In this document: piece by piece, positions 63,717-64,000 of the stretch | How positions within the stretch are numbered: the stretch's first letter is position 1 | Layout: each line of letters begins with the position of its first letter | DNA from: Camelus ferus | Lineage: Eukaryota | Direction of reading: 5' to 3' | NCBI RefSeq assembly: GCF_009834535.1 | Contig: NC_045697.1 | Span: 113,028,001 to 113,092,000, forward strand | DNA length: 64,000 nucleotides | The notes under the pieces: generated by a model | Databases searched by the model: none | The model's input: only the letters and a program-made list of their open reading frames with translations | Told to the model about the DNA's origin: nothing | Position numbers and translations under genes: made by a program

Positions 63717-64000
63717 TATAATAGAAACCAAACAGAATGGCTGTGTTTTAACCAGAAGTTTGACATGAGAGGTGGTAAGGAACTCTTTAGAATTTATTTT
63801 ATTGTTTTATCAATAATATACTACTTTATAAGACAAGATAAGCAGGCACAACCAAAACCATCGACATTTAGTAGTAAAACATCTGTGGAGGATAAAGGGA
63901 GGTATATGGCAACAACTGGCCCAAGATAACTCTAGAGTGACATCCAACTGTTTTAAAATTTCATTTACTTATCTCACTTTTAAAAAATAAATTAATTTTT

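Noticed and set aside
63479..63766. Poly-Ile ORF (also poly-KT/KQ/KN ORFs near 42100)
   Set aside because: Translations of microsatellites

Overview
Mammalian genomic DNA, almost certainly camelid (camel, alpaca or llama), judged from multiple tRNA-Ala-derived Vic-1-type SINEs. Two genuine genes are transcribed divergently, matching the human 4q32 TMA16-TKTL2 arrangement. TMA16 is on the minus strand: a CpG-island promoter, an exon 1 that codes only the ATG (17647-17649), and a 113-bp exon 2 (7072-7184); later exons appear to lie left of the window. TKTL2 is an intact, intronless transketolase-like retrogene on the plus strand (30977-32851, 624 aa). The rest is mostly L1, L2, MIR, MaLR/ERV LTRs, DNA transposons and microsatellites, and the right ~30 kb has no recognisable gene. 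Main observations: (1) a strongly diverged cTAGE5/MIA2-family processed retrocopy lies antisense in TMA16 intron 1, with a 146-codon open frame, a polyA signal and a candidate TSD; (2) TKTL2 keeps the ThDP and catalytic residues but has lost the three TKT substrate-phosphate residues, one by an in-frame codon deletion; (3) the TKTL2 promoter is a four-unit GC-box/E-box array with a 22-bp perfect palindrome; (4) a degraded ERV-L pol fossil, a duplicated LTR 3' end and a template-switch hairpin. No wholly new biological system can be supported from the sequence alone. Protein comparisons are to reference sequences recalled from memory; repeat family names and many repeat boundaries are by-eye estimates.
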